This document shows positions 53,496-64,000 of a stretch of DNA of 64,000 bases, piece by piece. Every line of letters begins with the position of its first letter. The stretch's first letter is position 1. Origin of the DNA: Candidatus Aminicenantales bacterium (lineage in GTDB: Bacteria; Acidobacteriota; Aminicenantia; Aminicenantales; Saccharicenantaceae); NCBI GenBank assembly GCA_049513915.1, contig JBEKVN010000013.1, positions 78,265 through 142,264 on the forward strand, read 5' to 3'. Made by a program: the position numbers and the translations under genes. Below the pieces are notes generated by a model, which saw nothing but the letters and a program-made list of their open reading frames with translations, ran no database searches and was not told where the DNA came from.

Positions 53496-56400
53496 CCCAT
53501 TTCGCGGCCGAAGTGAAATAGAGCCCGGATTCTTTGACCCGCTGGCCGGTGATCTTCTCCCAGAATCGGCCGTAGAGAGCGACCTGCGGCCGGTAATAGT
53601 CCACGAGTTCGCGGAGGGCCGGCCTGTCCTCTCCGGCATCCTTGTCCTCGGGGCCTTCCGCGACACGGTCGGTCTTGTAATCGGCGATGACCCATCCGTC
53701 TCGTTCGAGGAAGGCCAGGTCGATGGCGCCCGAAAGGACGAGCGGCGCGTTCTTGACCGGAGCGACAGGCCTCGCCCCGGCCATTGAGACCAGTCCGGCC
53801 CGGCTGGAGAGTTCCCCGTAATCCGGGTCTTCCGGTCCCACCTTGACCGCGAAGGGGGTCTCAAAGAACTTTGTTTCGGCGGCCATGGCCCTGGCCCAGA
53901 ATTCCGAGGAGATGATCTCCCGGACAAGGGCCGCGAGTTTCTCATCCTCCCCGGCGACGAGGTGCGTCGCTTCAAGCGCGTTTCGCGCCAAGAGCCTGAG
54001 CGTAGCGTCGGAAATCACGAGCGTTCCCTTTTCCGGCGCGCCGTCCCTCCCGGCTTTACCGAGGACGTTCATCATCATGTGGACCGCGGTCCCCCACTTC
54101 ATGCCGAAACCGCTCGCCGGCCATTCCGGCGACGACCTCTCCCGCCTCGCAAGCGAGGTGACGCTTTCGCGGAGATAGCCGGCCCGGGAGGCGGCCCCCC
54201 TCCTCGCGAGAATGCCCTCCCTTACCTTGGCGACCTCGCCCGGCTTTAAAACAAGCTTCCCGGCCCGCGCGGCTTCGCGCTTCTGGTCCGCCTCATGCCC
54301 GGGCCCCGGCCAGGCAAGCTCCGGGATATCTCCCAGCCAACCGTCGAGGGTCCCCCAGGCCTTTTTCGCCCCGAGGTCTCCTCCATACGTGCTCACGACC
54401 AACATGTCCCCGGCCCGGGTGGCCGCGACGTACATGAGCCTGTGCTCTTCGGCCTCGGCATACTTCTTTTCTTCCTCGACGGTCTCCGCCCATCCGGCCG
54501 GTTCAGAGATGGACTGTCTCGCCCATCGCAGCTTCTTTGAAAAAAGAAAATGGCCGCGCGGTCCGGGCATATCTCCGGCCGAAGCGGCCCGCCGGCTCAA
54601 GACCGGCCCCGTGAACCTCACGATGTGTTTGTCCGGCTCGGGCCGCCTCCGGCCGGCCGGATTGGCCAGGATCACGACCGGCGCCTCGAGCCCCTTGGCC
54701 TTATGGAGGTTCATGAGGCGGACGACATCCCGGCGGCCCGGCGTGAGGTTCATTTCCCCGAACGTATCAAGTTCGATCCACTCCGCGACGAAGTCGGCGA
54801 CCGCGGCGAAAGACGTCGTTCCTTCGGTCTCCAGGGCCCGGACGACCTCGACCAGTTTGAGGACGTTTCCGGCTTGGCCCGGCCCGTCCCCGCCGGAGGA
54901 AACGAGGTAGTTGAGGAGCCCCGACGCTTCGAGGACCATCTCCAGGACGTTCGAAGACGCGTACCGCTTCGTCCATGCCCACCAGTCCCGGAGCGTCTGG
55001 AGGGCGCGGCGGACCTTGGCCGCCGCTTCGCCCCCGGGCGCGATCTCGCCCGTGAAAGAGAACGTCCCGCCCGAGGCGCTGAAATCCAAGAGTTCCTGGT
55101 CGCTCACGCCGAAGAACACGCCCTTGAGCACGGCGGCCGCGGCCACGGGATTGTCGGGAGACTTCAGCGCCAGAAGAAGCCGGACGACCTGGCCGATCTC
55201 GTCGCTCTCGGAAAAGGCGGCGCTTCCGGAGATATCATAAGGGACGCCCGCCGCGGCCAGGGCGCGGGCGTAGATGTCCATATTCTTTCTGTAGCGGAAG
55301 AGGACGAGGAAGTCTTCCGGCCTGGCCGGCCGCGCGCCCGTCCCACGCTCTTCGACTTTGAGGTTCCCGGCGCACGCCCAGGCCACGAACCCGGCGATCC
55401 TGGCCGCGTCGAGCGCGGCGATGTCTTCTCCCCTGTTCCATGCGACCTTGGGGATCGAGATTTTGAAAACGCCCTGCGCCGCGTCCGCGCAGTCCGGCCG
55501 CACGGCGTCGAGCCGGGCGAAGCTGGCCTGATACCCGTCGGCCCCGGCCGGGAACGTGCCCTCGAAGATCGGGTTGACCCAGTCGGCGATGCACCGGAGC
55601 GACCGGAAGTTCGCGGTGAGCGGGAGGACCTCTCCGCCGCCCGCTTCGATGCGCCGCTTGACCAGGTTGTAGATGTCGATATCGGCCCGCCGGAATCTGT
55701 AAATGGATTGCCTCGGGTCGCCGACGAGGAAAAGGCGTCCCGGGTCGGGGACGAGCCTGGTCCAGTCCCGCTCGCGAATGTCCCTGCCTGTGATGTAGAA
55801 AAGGACTTCAGCCTGGATGGGGTCTGTGTCCTGGAATTCGTCAACCAGGATTCGCCGATAGCGGTCCTTGAAATACTCCCGGACCTCGGGATTGTCCCGG
55901 AGGAGCCCGGCGGCGACAAGAAGTTGGTCCTGGAAGTTGAGTCTGGATTTTTCGCGGCGCCGGGACTCGTAGAATCTCACGGCCGGCCGCAGGAAGGCCA
56001 GGGCCTTGTCGTGCCGGTATTCGCGCCAGGCCCGCAAGGCCGGGGCCACGACGTCCTCCCGGAAATCCTCGAAGGCCCCCTCGAACGCATCCGCCGCGGC
56101 TTTGTCCGGCCAGCATTTTTTCTTGACGTCCGGGCTCCGGTCCATGAGTTCCAGGCTCTCCATGAGAAGAACGGGGTCCGTGAAGCCCAGCCGGCCGCGC
56201 CGACCGAACAGACGGCGCATCAGGTTCTGGAGCTCGTCCCGGCCGGTTTCGGGGCGTTCGGGGGGCACCGCGACGGCGGCCCGGCCCAGAAACTCCTCGA
56301 GCTCTGAGCGGAGGACCGCGAAGTTGGGGGGGGCCGAGCGCCCGCCCGCGGGTTCGACTTCCGGGTAGAGCGAGAGGCTTTCGAAGGCGTCCCGGAGGTC

Positions 56401-56913
56401 CGCTGGGAAGAGACCGACGTCCTCCATGGCCCGGAGGACGTCTTCGGCCTTGAGTCCGGCCTCGATGAGATAATCGTGCCAGCACGTCTCCCGGAAAAGG
56501 GCGTCATCGAGGTCTTCCATCTCTTCGAACTCCGGGTCGATCCCGCACTCGACGGGACGTTCGCGGATCAGCCGGGCCGAGAAGGAATGGATAGTACCGA
56601 TGAAGCCCTGCTCGAGGTCCCGGAGCGCGGCCCGGAGCCGGTCCTTCTCTTCCCGCCCGAAACTCTTTTCGTCCGGGCGGAGGCTCCGTTCGAGGGCGAG
56701 CTGGAAACGGCCCCGGAGCTCGGCGGCCGCCTTCCGCGTGAAGGTCACCGCCGCCAGGCCCTGCATGGACGACCGCCCCGTGGCGATGAGGGCGATCATC
56801 CGGTCGACCAGGCTCCGCGTTTTTCCCGATCCCGCTCCCGCCTCGACCAGAAACGTGGTATCCAGGTCCCGAACGATCCTGTCGCGGGCATCCTGATCGA
56901 CGGGCTTAGTCAT
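53482..56913 (-). CDS. addA: AddA-type helicase-nuclease (UvrD/PcrA-like SF1 helicase with C-terminal RecB-family PD-(D/E)xK nuclease)
   Basis: N-terminal Walker [12 protein letters not shown] and UvrD helicase motifs. C-terminal nuclease motif [21 protein letters not shown]. Lies downstream of addB on the same strand. Confidence 0.85.
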   Translation of the reverse strand: MTKPVDQDARDRIVRDLDTTFLVEAGAGSGKTRSLVDRMIALIATGRSSMQGLAAVTFTRKAAAELRGRFQLALERSLRPDEKSFGREEKDRLRAALRDLEQGFIGTIHSFSARLIRERPVECGIDPEFEEMEDLDDALFRETCWHDYLIEAGLKAEDVLRAMEDVGLFPADLRDAFESLSLYPEVEPAGGRSAPPNFAVLRSELEEFLGRAAVAVPPERPETGRDELQNLMRRLFGRRGRLGFTDPVLLMESLELMDRSPDVKKKCWPDKAAADAFEGAFEDFREDVVAPALRAWREYRHDKALAFLRPAVRFYESRRREKSRLNFQDQLLVAAGLLRDNPEVREYFKDRYRRILVDEFQDTDPIQAEVLFYITGRDIRERDWTRLVPDPGRLFLVGDPRQSIYRFRRADIDIYNLVKRRIEAGGGEVLPLTANFRSLRCIADWVNPIFEGTFPAGADGYQASFARLDAVRPDCADAAQGVFKISIPKVAWNRGEDIAALDAARIAGFVAWACAGNLKVEERGTGARPARPEDFLVLFRYRKNMDIYARALAAAGVPYDISGSAAFSESDEIGQVVRLLLALKSPDNPVAAAAVLKGVFFGVSDQELLDFSASGGTFSFTGEIAPGGEAAAKVRRALQTLRDWWAWTKRYASSNVLEMVLEASGLLNYLVSSGGDGPGQAGNVLKLVEVVRALETEGTTSFAAVADFVAEWIELDTFGEMNLTPGRRDVVRLMNLHKAKGLEAPVVILANPAGRRRPEPDKHIVRFTGPVLSRRAASAGDMPGPRGHFLFSKKLRWARQSISEPAGWAETVEEEKKYAEAEEHRLMYVAATRAGDMLVVSTYGGDLGAKKAWGTLDGWLGDIPELAWPGPGHEADQKREAARAGKLVLKPGEVAKVREGILARRGAASRAGYLRESVTSLARRERSSPEWPASGFGMKWGTAVHMMMNVLGKAGRDGAPEKGTLVISDATLRLLARNALEATHLVAGEDEKLAALVREIISSEFWARAMAAETKFFETPFAVKVGPEDPDYGELSSRAGLVSMAGARPVAPVKNAPLVLSGAIDLAFLERDGWVIADYKTDRVAEGPEDKDAGEDRPALRELVDYYRPQVALYGRFWEKITGQRVKESGLYFTSAAKWVRIG

Positions 56914-59900
56914 ACCTTTTCAACCTGTCCAAGGCCTCGAAGACCTCCGGGTTGGCCTTGACTTTCCGCTTGGCCTCCTCGGGCGAGCCGCCGCAGACCG
57001 GCGCGAAATCGCAGAAATCGCATTGGGCGTCGGGCCCGGTCACGAAGCGGCCTTTGGCGACCAGGTCGAGAATGTCGTTGAGGAGCATCCGGAACGCCTG
57101 CCGGTCGAATTCCCCGACGGTGATCTCCCGCCCTTCGCCGCGGCGCGTCGGGAAATAGTAGCCGCTTTCCGTAACCCGGGGACGCAGGTCCGTTTTCTCC
57201 CGCTTGAGAATCTGCTCGGCGGCCAGGGCGTAGAGCGCGTGCTGGATGACACGGCCCTTGCCGAACGAACGGAAGCCCTCGTAAGGCCTGTAGCTCCCCG
57301 TTTTGTAATCCAGGATCCGGTAGGTGCCGGGCCCGGTCCCGTCGATGCGGTCGATGGTCCCCCGGAGGACAAATGACCTTTCTTCGCCGAGGCCGATCTC
57401 GACGCCGCTGAACCGTTTCTCGAAGAGGAGCGGCCGGTCGCCGGCGTCCCGGCCGGCTTCGACCCTGAGAAAGATGCCCAGGGCCTCGAAGATGTCCTTC
57501 CGCTCTTTTTCGAAGATGCCCGCGGACGGAGGCGGGATAAGCTCCTTCCATTTGAGGATGACACCGTCGCCGGTTGTCTCCATGAGCGGAGCGTGCTTCG
57601 CCGCGTCGACCCTTTCCTTCTTTCCGCTGACCGCGGTCATGAAATCGCAAAGGATCTCGTGGATGAGACTGCCGCGCTGCATCGGGTCGAGCCACCGGGA
57701 CCGGTCGAGTTCGAGCTCTTCGGGCGGCTCGACGCCCAGAATGTAGCGCAGAAAGTAGCCATAAGGGCATTTGGCCAATAGCTCCAGGCGCGAGGCCGAC
57801 AGGGCGATCTCGTGGTTGATGACCGGATCATAACGGCTGCGGTCGATGCGGACGAGGCCTTCGTATTCAGTCAGAGGATCGCCGCTCCGGGCCTCAGCCG
57901 CTTCGAGCCCGCAACGGAGCGAGGGGAAGTTCTTCATGACGGCATCGACCCCGTCGAGGAACCGTCCGGCGCGGGCGAGGCGGCCGAACCACCAGTCCCT
58001 CTCGTCGACGGCGTTGTCTCCGTCGTCCGGGAGGAAACCGGCCGGGTCCAGTCGTCCGGCCAGGAGCGCTTCGCTCTGGAAAGCCCGTTCGAGGGCCGAA
58101 TAATCCAAGCCCGCATCGCCCCGGGAAAGCCGGTGGGCCTGGAGAAGAACGGAGGAGGGATACAGGGTCCGCTCGTCCATAATGTCGTATGCCGGATAGC
58201 TGAGCGTCACCCTCCCGCGGAGCGATGAGAGCAGGACGGCCATCGCGTAGAGATTCGATTTGAGGGCGTCGGCCGTGGTCGGCAGGAACGGGGAGATCGC
58301 CTCCCGCTCGGAGTCGAGAAGGACCGGGTCCTGCGGGCCGGGCCCGGGGAACGCGGAATCCGTGAGCCCGACGATAAACGTCTCGGGCCTCCCCGAAAAG
58401 CCCCCGGAGTCAAAGCTCGAGACATGGAGGTGGCCGGGGAGCGGCGAGGAGCTGCCGACGGATAGGGACGTGACCAGCGTGCGGAGCCGGTCAAGGGCAT
58501 CGTCGCGGTCCAATGTCCCTGGAGAAGCCGGCCCCTCGCCCTCGCCCGCGGCCTTGCGCAGTTCGGAAACGATGACCTCGAGCGCCTGACGGTCGAGCTC
58601 GGACCGGAGCCGGACCTTCGTTTCGAGAGCCGTCCTGAGTCCTTCGCAGAGTCCAGGGAAATCCAGCTGCCTGCAATCGCCGGATTCCCCGGCCTCGGGA
58701 AAGAGGGCCAGGAAGGAGCCGACCGCCTCCGTCAACCGTCCGATCTCTTCGACGTCGCGCCGCAGGGACGCGATCTCGGCCGGGCTTCGCTCCTCGTCAT
58801 CGCCGTGCGGCGGCCGGTCAAGGTCCGCCTCGCGGCCCGCTCTGAACCTCGTGAGACATTCGATATACCTCTCCCGCCCCCAGCCGATCATGGCCCGCCG
58901 CAGATGGAGGCTGATTCTCAGGGAAACAGATGAATCCTCGGCCGCGCCGGGGAGGAGTTCGAGGTCGCCGGCTTCCACGAGACGCGAGAGGTCGGCCGCG
59001 AGATAGTCGTTTTGGAGCCAGTCGGCCAGTCCCGTGAACGCCCGGCCGGGCGACGTGAACGAAACGGGAATGCCGCCGGCATACGTCAGGGGAAGCCGGG
59101 CCCGCTCGGCCAGGAGATGGAGGATCGCCGGGTAGGCGGGGCCGGGAGGGTGGATGACCTCGACCTCATCGAATCGGGTTTTGCCGGCGGCGATACGCCG
59201 GAGGATCTCGCGGCATTCATTCCCCGGTCCGACGGCCCGGAAGGATTTGAGCGTGCCGTCGCCGACAGGCGGCGACGCGGCCGCCGGGTCGAAGAGCCAG
59301 GGCAGGCGCTCGGCGTCCGATGACGGCGCGGCGGGCGGGGCTGGGGATCCGGGACCGGGCCCCCACCAGAGCCGCGGCTGGTCGAGCCCGGCGACGGGGT
59401 CCCGCGGGACGAGGACGAGCGCCGGCCCCGCGACGGCCTCGACGAGATCTTTTTCCAAACCGCAGAGGCCCTGATCTTCAAGGCACAGGTGCCAGGCCGC
59501 TCTTTTCGAAAGCCGGTCCGCGGCCTGCGTTTTCGTTTTTCCCCGCGGCGGCTTGGAGTCCCAACCTTCCGGAGCGGCCGGCCGCTCGGACTTGATCGTT
59601 TCCAGGGCGAAGAGATACAGCCCTGGGTGGTCCAGGATGTTCCTCTCCTCCAAGATTTTTTCGTAACGGCCGAGGAGAAGGGCAACGTCCCGGGCTTTTT
59701 CTTCCCTCTTGAAGGCCGAGGGAGTAAGGTCGACGCTTCGGACTTTGGCCAACCGGAGCGATTGGATAGCCCGGTGGAGGGCCCGCGCGACGCCGGGCGT
59801 GGGATGGAGCGTGCCGAAATATTCCAGCCGGCCGCCGCTCTTGAGCTCGCGGAAGAGGCCGTCGACGAGGACCAGGAGATCCATCTCGCCAGCCTGCTTT

Positions 59901-60106
59901 TTCCCGAGCGCCGCAAGCTCCACGGCCGCGACCTCGAGGGCCAGGGCGGGAAGAGTGATAAAACGCAGGTTGACCCACCCCTCCCCCGCCGCGGCCAGGG
60001 CTTCCCCGATCTGGTGCCCGATGGAGAAAGACGGGACGATGAAGATTTTCTCGTCCAGCCGGTGCTCCCGGCAGAAGGCCGCCAGGAACCCGATCATCGC
60101 ATTCAA
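56906..60106 (-). CDS. addB: AddB-type helicase-nuclease subunit (inactive helicase-like N-domain with C-terminal PD-(D/E)xK nuclease and Fe-S cysteines)
   Basis: C-terminal RGTIDRIDGTGPGTYRILDYKTG nuclease motif and cysteine cluster QCDFCDFAPVCGG. Overlaps the addA start. Confidence 0.75.
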   Translation of the reverse strand: MNAMIGFLAAFCREHRLDEKIFIVPSFSIGHQIGEALAAAGEGWVNLRFITLPALALEVAAVELAALGKKQAGEMDLLVLVDGLFRELKSGGRLEYFGTLHPTPGVARALHRAIQSLRLAKVRSVDLTPSAFKREEKARDVALLLGRYEKILEERNILDHPGLYLFALETIKSERPAAPEGWDSKPPRGKTKTQAADRLSKRAAWHLCLEDQGLCGLEKDLVEAVAGPALVLVPRDPVAGLDQPRLWWGPGPGSPAPPAAPSSDAERLPWLFDPAAASPPVGDGTLKSFRAVGPGNECREILRRIAAGKTRFDEVEVIHPPGPAYPAILHLLAERARLPLTYAGGIPVSFTSPGRAFTGLADWLQNDYLAADLSRLVEAGDLELLPGAAEDSSVSLRISLHLRRAMIGWGRERYIECLTRFRAGREADLDRPPHGDDEERSPAEIASLRRDVEEIGRLTEAVGSFLALFPEAGESGDCRQLDFPGLCEGLRTALETKVRLRSELDRQALEVIVSELRKAAGEGEGPASPGTLDRDDALDRLRTLVTSLSVGSSSPLPGHLHVSSFDSGGFSGRPETFIVGLTDSAFPGPGPQDPVLLDSEREAISPFLPTTADALKSNLYAMAVLLSSLRGRVTLSYPAYDIMDERTLYPSSVLLQAHRLSRGDAGLDYSALERAFQSEALLAGRLDPAGFLPDDGDNAVDERDWWFGRLARAGRFLDGVDAVMKNFPSLRCGLEAAEARSGDPLTEYEGLVRIDRSRYDPVINHEIALSASRLELLAKCPYGYFLRYILGVEPPEELELDRSRWLDPMQRGSLIHEILCDFMTAVSGKKERVDAAKHAPLMETTGDGVILKWKELIPPPSAGIFEKERKDIFEALGIFLRVEAGRDAGDRPLLFEKRFSGVEIGLGEERSFVLRGTIDRIDGTGPGTYRILDYKTGSYRPYEGFRSFGKGRVIQHALYALAAEQILKREKTDLRPRVTESGYYFPTRRGEGREITVGEFDRQAFRMLLNDILDLVAKGRFVTGPDAQCDFCDFAPVCGGSPEEAKRKVKANPEVFEALDRLKRYD

Positions 60107-60118
60107 ATGAACCCCCGT

Positions 60119-60991
60119 TTACTTCCGGTAGAGGTAGATTTTGTGAGGCCGGGGGCCGTCGCCCGGGATAACCTCCTGGGCCACGATACGGTCATCCCAG
60201 CCCGGGATCCGGTAGTTGTGGGAAACGATGCGCGTGCCGGGCTTGAGATCCGACTCGAAGAGAGGCTTCAGTGTCTCGAGGGATTCCGGCAGCAGGTAAA
60301 GCGCCAGAACCGTGGCGGGGACGATGTGGACCTTCGTCGCGTCCGCGCATATGAAGCGGACCAGGCCCTCGACGCCATCTCTCTTCGCGCCGGCCTCGCA
60401 TTCCTCGACGAGCTTGGGGTCGATCTCGATGCCCACGCCGCGGGCCCCGTAGATTTTCGCCGCCGCGATGACCATCCGGCCGTCGCCGCAGCCGATATCG
60501 TAGACGATGTCATCGGGCCCAACCTTGGCCAGGGCCAGCATCTTCTCGACGATGGCCGGCGGCGTCGGGACATAGGGGGCCAGGTCGGCGGCGTCCTCGC
60601 GGCCGTGCGCCCCGGGGTAAACCCTGATCAGGCCGTTCTCATCATAGCGGAAGGAATAAGGCCGTCCGGGGAAAACCGTATAAGAGCTCCGGCGCGAACC
60701 GTTGTCGAAGGTGATCTCGACCGGAATCTCGGTCACGATCCGGTCGACGGACCCGACGGCCAGCTTGCGTGTCTTCGGCCGGCTCATATATGGGTTGGGC
60801 CCAATGACGTACTGGACGTCCTTCTTGGTGACGTTCCGCAGGGTTGCCTCCTGCCCGTAGACCACGGCAGGATGCCGCGGGTCGAGGATGACCCTGTTCT
60901 CGACCTTGGCGGGAGGGGTGATGAGAAAATAAGCCAGGACTGCGAATGCCAGAAGCCCGGCGGCCCGGAGCAGAAGTTTCTTTGCGCTCAT
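60119..60991 (-). CDS. membrane-anchored class I SAM-dependent methyltransferase
   Basis: N-terminal TM helix. Motif I DIGCGDGR and a downstream acidic motif. Start placed at MSAKKLLL; the ORF extends to 61021. Confidence 0.65.
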   Translation of the reverse strand: MSAKKLLLRAAGLLAFAVLAYFLITPPAKVENRVILDPRHPAVVYGQEATLRNVTKKDVQYVIGPNPYMSRPKTRKLAVGSVDRIVTEIPVEITFDNGSRRSSYTVFPGRPYSFRYDENGLIRVYPGAHGREDAADLAPYVPTPPAIVEKMLALAKVGPDDIVYDIGCGDGRMVIAAAKIYGARGVGIEIDPKLVEECEAGAKRDGVEGLVRFICADATKVHIVPATVLALYLLPESLETLKPLFESDLKPGTRIVSHNYRIPGWDDRIVAQEVIPGDGPRPHKIYLYRK

Positions 60992-61105
60992 CCTATCCAC
61001 CAACCGCGAGGGGGACGGCACGGTTTCCTCTCAACGCGGGAAATTCTCGCCGCGCCCCGAGGTGACCGAGTTTCCTCCGATCGTCAGGGCCCACCTCCGA
61101 GATGC

Positions 61106-62662
61106 CTATTTCCTTATCGGGGTTTCCTTGACCGGCTGGAGCCGGAGGAGAACGGCGCCGTGACGGTTGACTTTCTCGGTGAACCAATTTTCGAACACCC
61201 CCCAATCGTACTGGCGCCAGGCGTCCCGGACCTTCCATTTTCCCTTGATCCCCAGGTCCTCCCAGCGGGCCGTGACGGTCGTTGTCGAATTTCCGCGGTT
61301 GAACAGTCCGACGGCCTTGGAGCCGTCTTCCATGTCCTTGGCCCAGACCTCGCAGTCCTTATCTTTGGAGACGGGCACGGCCTGCTTGCCGAGGGCGTCC
61401 TGGTTGACCTCGATGACCTCGTCGTTGCCGAGAAGCCCCAGCGTGAAATCGTCGAGCTGGGTGATGTCGCCGCCGAAAATGAGCGGGGCGGCGAGCAAGG
61501 ACCACAGCGTCAAATACGTGTACTGCTCGTCCCCGGTGAGCGGGGCGGGGACGAGCTTGTCGTTCCAGAGAATGTAACCGACTAGGATGTTGTCCGGGTC
61601 GTTCCAGCCGCCGGGGCCGGCGAATTTCTCCTTGCCGGCCTGGCCGAAGCCGATCCGCGACATGGACGTCCAGAGGCTCTTGTCCTCGGGCGGGATGCCC
61701 AGGTCCCCGGTCGTCCGCCAGTAGTTGCCGCCGACCTCTTTCCCCCACTCCCAGACATCGCCCATGCCGTATTGGCAGAGGTTGTAGACCATGTCGCGGC
61801 CGACCTTGTTCAAGGCCTCCCGCATGACGATGTAGGGGTGCTTGAGGGACGGAAGTGCCTTGTCGATAGCGACCTCGCCATAGGAGCACCAGTCGTATTT
61901 CAGGAAATCGAAACCCCAAACGGCAAATTGCCGGGCGTCCTGCTCCTCGTGGCCGAAGCTTCCGGCGTAGCCGGCGCAGGTCGCGGGACCCGGCGAGATA
62001 TAGATCCCGATCTTGAGCCCAAGCCGGTGGACGGCGTCACACATGGCTTTCATGTCTGGGAAGTTCTTGTTCGAGCGGAGATTGCCCGCCGCGTCCCGGG
62101 GCTCGCCGCCGATCGCCGGGTCGTCCGATTTGAGCTTGATGTTCCAGCCGTCGTCGATATTGATATAGGTGTACCCGTGGTCGGCAAGCCCTGAGGAAAC
62201 CATGGCCGCGGCCTGGTCCCGGATCATTTTGTCGCTGATATTCGTGTAGGCCATATACCAGCTCGACCAGCCCATGGGCGGGGTCAGGGCGATCTGATCG
62301 CCGACAACGATGCGGAACGGCTTCTCCGAAACGCCGAGCGCGTTTTTGGCCCGGAGCTTGACCGCGTATGTGCCTTTTAAGCTCAGCGTTCCGGTGATCC
62401 GGCCGGTCTTGGCGTCGAGCATCAGCCCGGAGGGAAGGCCCGTCACCGAGAATTCCATGGGGCGGTCGCCTGTGGCGGGAATCGCATAAGCGAACGGCGC
62501 CCCGGGGCGGCAGCCGTAGATCGTCGGGCCGTTGATCCTCGGAGCCGGCGACGGCTTGGGGGTCAGACTGCGCCGCTGGGCTGCAAGAGGCGCGGCCAGG
62601 CAGGCGACCAACAGGGAAGAGATGATAAGGGCTGGAATTCTCTTGCGCGGGCGAACGGTCAT
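61106..62662 (-). CDS. GH27 alpha-galactosidase (melibiase), secreted
   Basis: Signal peptide from the internal Met at 62662 (MTVRPRKRIPALIISSLLVACLAAPLAA). GH27 hallmarks TPPMGWSSWY, YINIDDGW and LKYDWC nucleophile region. ORF-track start 62956 rejected. Confidence 0.8.
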   Translation of the reverse strand: MTVRPRKRIPALIISSLLVACLAAPLAAQRRSLTPKPSPAPRINGPTIYGCRPGAPFAYAIPATGDRPMEFSVTGLPSGLMLDAKTGRITGTLSLKGTYAVKLRAKNALGVSEKPFRIVVGDQIALTPPMGWSSWYMAYTNISDKMIRDQAAAMVSSGLADHGYTYINIDDGWNIKLKSDDPAIGGEPRDAAGNLRSNKNFPDMKAMCDAVHRLGLKIGIYISPGPATCAGYAGSFGHEEQDARQFAVWGFDFLKYDWCSYGEVAIDKALPSLKHPYIVMREALNKVGRDMVYNLCQYGMGDVWEWGKEVGGNYWRTTGDLGIPPEDKSLWTSMSRIGFGQAGKEKFAGPGGWNDPDNILVGYILWNDKLVPAPLTGDEQYTYLTLWSLLAAPLIFGGDITQLDDFTLGLLGNDEVIEVNQDALGKQAVPVSKDKDCEVWAKDMEDGSKAVGLFNRGNSTTTVTARWEDLGIKGKWKVRDAWRQYDWGVFENWFTEKVNRHGAVLLRLQPVKETPIRK

Positions 62663-62769
62663 GGGACACCTTCTTTCGTCGGCTTCAAGGTAATTCAGGT
62701 CGCCGGGAGAGTCAAGAGAGGCAGAACCCCTCCTGGCGCGGGCGCGCTTGGCAGGACTTGCGGGCCCGC

Positions 62770-63882
62770 TCAGAAATTCCAGCGGATCTTGTACCGCTTG
62801 AGCACGGCGTAGCCTTCGTCCGTTTCTTCGGAGGCATACAGGCGGCCTTTCAGGATGAACGGCTGAAGAACGGGGATGACAGCCCGGACAAGATATCTCC
62901 CCTCGGAATCGAACACGTCGAAATAATATCCCTTCCGGCCCGGAGGGCGCTCCCAACTCAAAACATAGATCCGGCCTTCATCGTCGGACACCAGATATCG
63001 AAAGGCGGGATAATACTTCGGAACCTTCAGGACATTCATCATCTCCGGGCGAGTGCCCTCCGTCCGTTCCTTCACGTCCTCCTGCACCACCGGGACGGGT
63101 TCCGGATCGAATTGGATTTTTCGGAGGAGGCGTCCGTTCGTGTCGTGGACTCTGAGCTCGGGCTTAACGGCGTGGCCGCAGACGACGCCGCCTCCGGGCA
63201 GAGGGGCCCACCGGAGCACCGGGAAAAACGGATCATACCCATCGCGGCCGGAGTTCATAAGGGGCGAGGATTCGATAACAAAAAGATCTTTGAACGCTCC
63301 GTCATACTTGTGAAGTTCATAGCGTCCTTCCGGGCCCATGTTTGCTATGCAATATCCGAAGTAGTTCCCGCGGGAGTCGGGCCATATCCCCATGAGGATC
63401 TGGCCGCCCAGGGAGATATCCCGGAGGTAGTTCCCGCTCGCGTCGAAAATGGAGAGCCGGGCCACATTGACCACGACGATTTCGTTATTCTCGTTGAAGC
63501 GGATAGATTGTGGATTCGGGAACTCTCCCGGGCCCTGGCCGGCCTTGCCGAATGTCTTGATGTGTTTCCCATCCTGGCCGAAGACCTTGACGTCCTTGTC
63601 CTTCCCATCCAGGACGAAGATCACGCCGCGGCCGTCCACGGCGATCGAAGTGATCTCGGCCAGCAGTGTGTCGGCGCTGTCCTGGCCGCCGACCGACAGG
63701 TCTTCCTCGAGAGAGAAGGCCCCGGCGCCGTACTGGGGCGAGCGGGGATTCTTGACGACGACGACGTCGCCCTCCTTATCGATCCTTCCCTTCCAATCGG
63801 GCTTCTTTTGGGGGAATGAGAGTGTCGTCAAAATACAAGCCAGCAAGCCAAAACCCAGGGATACCGAAAACCGCCGTCTCAT
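62770..63882 (-). CDS. secreted 6-bladed beta-propeller (NHL-repeat-like) protein
   Basis: Signal peptide at MRRRFSVSLGFGLLACILTTLSF. Repeated blades with IAVDGRG, VFD, YV motifs. Confidence 0.5.
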   Translation of the reverse strand: MRRRFSVSLGFGLLACILTTLSFPQKKPDWKGRIDKEGDVVVVKNPRSPQYGAGAFSLEEDLSVGGQDSADTLLAEITSIAVDGRGVIFVLDGKDKDVKVFGQDGKHIKTFGKAGQGPGEFPNPQSIRFNENNEIVVVNVARLSIFDASGNYLRDISLGGQILMGIWPDSRGNYFGYCIANMGPEGRYELHKYDGAFKDLFVIESSPLMNSGRDGYDPFFPVLRWAPLPGGGVVCGHAVKPELRVHDTNGRLLRKIQFDPEPVPVVQEDVKERTEGTRPEMMNVLKVPKYYPAFRYLVSDDEGRIYVLSWERPPGRKGYYFDVFDSEGRYLVRAVIPVLQPFILKGRLYASEETDEGYAVLKRYKIRWNF

Positions 63883-64000
63883 GGGCACCTCCCCTCCGGC
63901 CATGCCGGACACGTCATATCGCCTCACAGGTTGGCCGCGCGCGCCCGCGTGGCATCCATGTTGGCTATTGTCGGCGGTTCTGAGCTTTGGCCCCCCAGCC

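Noticed and set aside
54550-56307. 585-aa plus-strand ORF inside addA
   Set aside because: Antisense to a gene with unambiguous UvrD helicase and RecB nuclease motifs. Arg/Gly/Pro-rich artefact.
59489-61585. 698-aa plus-strand ORF spanning addB 5-prime end, methyltransferase and alpha-galactosidase genes
   Set aside because: It crosses three well-supported minus-strand genes and has no domain signatures.

Overview
This is a high-GC (about 65-68%), gene-dense bacterial chromosomal fragment with about 55 protein-coding genes. I found no rRNA, tRNA, CRISPR array, IS transposase or integrase. Orientation and boundaries were assigned from motif content, signal peptides, RBS placement and stop/start overlaps. 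Several long ORFs antisense to real genes are high-GC frame artefacts and were rejected. Gene content, in order: (1) a fermentative acyl-CoA cluster (3-hydroxyacyl-CoA dehydrogenase, thiolase, phosphate acetyl/butyryltransferase, ADP-forming acetyl-CoA synthetase); (2) many secreted or outer-membrane proteins for polymer degradation (BNR/Asp-box hydrolase, dipeptidyl peptidase IV, a GH51-like arabinofuranosidase, GH172/DUF2961, a large GH-like protein, a GH27 alpha-galactosidase, two catalytic/non-catalytic M16 peptidase pairs, several OM beta-barrels ending in Phe); the beta-barrels suggest a diderm organism, and a plant-polymer-degrading Acidobacteria-like lineage is only an inference; (3) housekeeping genes: 2-oxoacid dehydrogenase E1alpha/E1beta/E2, an EF-G paralog, metK behind a SAM-I-clan riboswitch, addAB, ubiE; (4) a sugar MFS transporter plus ROK kinase. 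Non-coding signals that stood out: three families of short intergenic repeats, each seen twice. Family A is an AT-rich 80-bp palindromic element. Family B is a roughly 90-bp element with perfect 25-bp inverted arms, upstream of secreted-protein genes. Family C is a conserved block plus a TTGAG-17-TATAAT promoter shared by the EF-G and M16 peptidase upstream regions; the EF-G copy carries a 111-bp hairpin insertion flanked by an 8-bp direct repeat (MITE-like). Near-consensus sigma70 promoters are common. Other oddities: a secreted repeat protein interrupted by one in-frame TGA; an EF-G paralog translationally coupled to a KaiC/RecA-like ATPase; a rubredoxin-FTR-like fusion next to a Trx-fold protein; a translationally coupled GNAT-DUF2156 pair; a His-rich tail on an EamA transporter; a Lys/Glu-rich repeat insert in DPP4.
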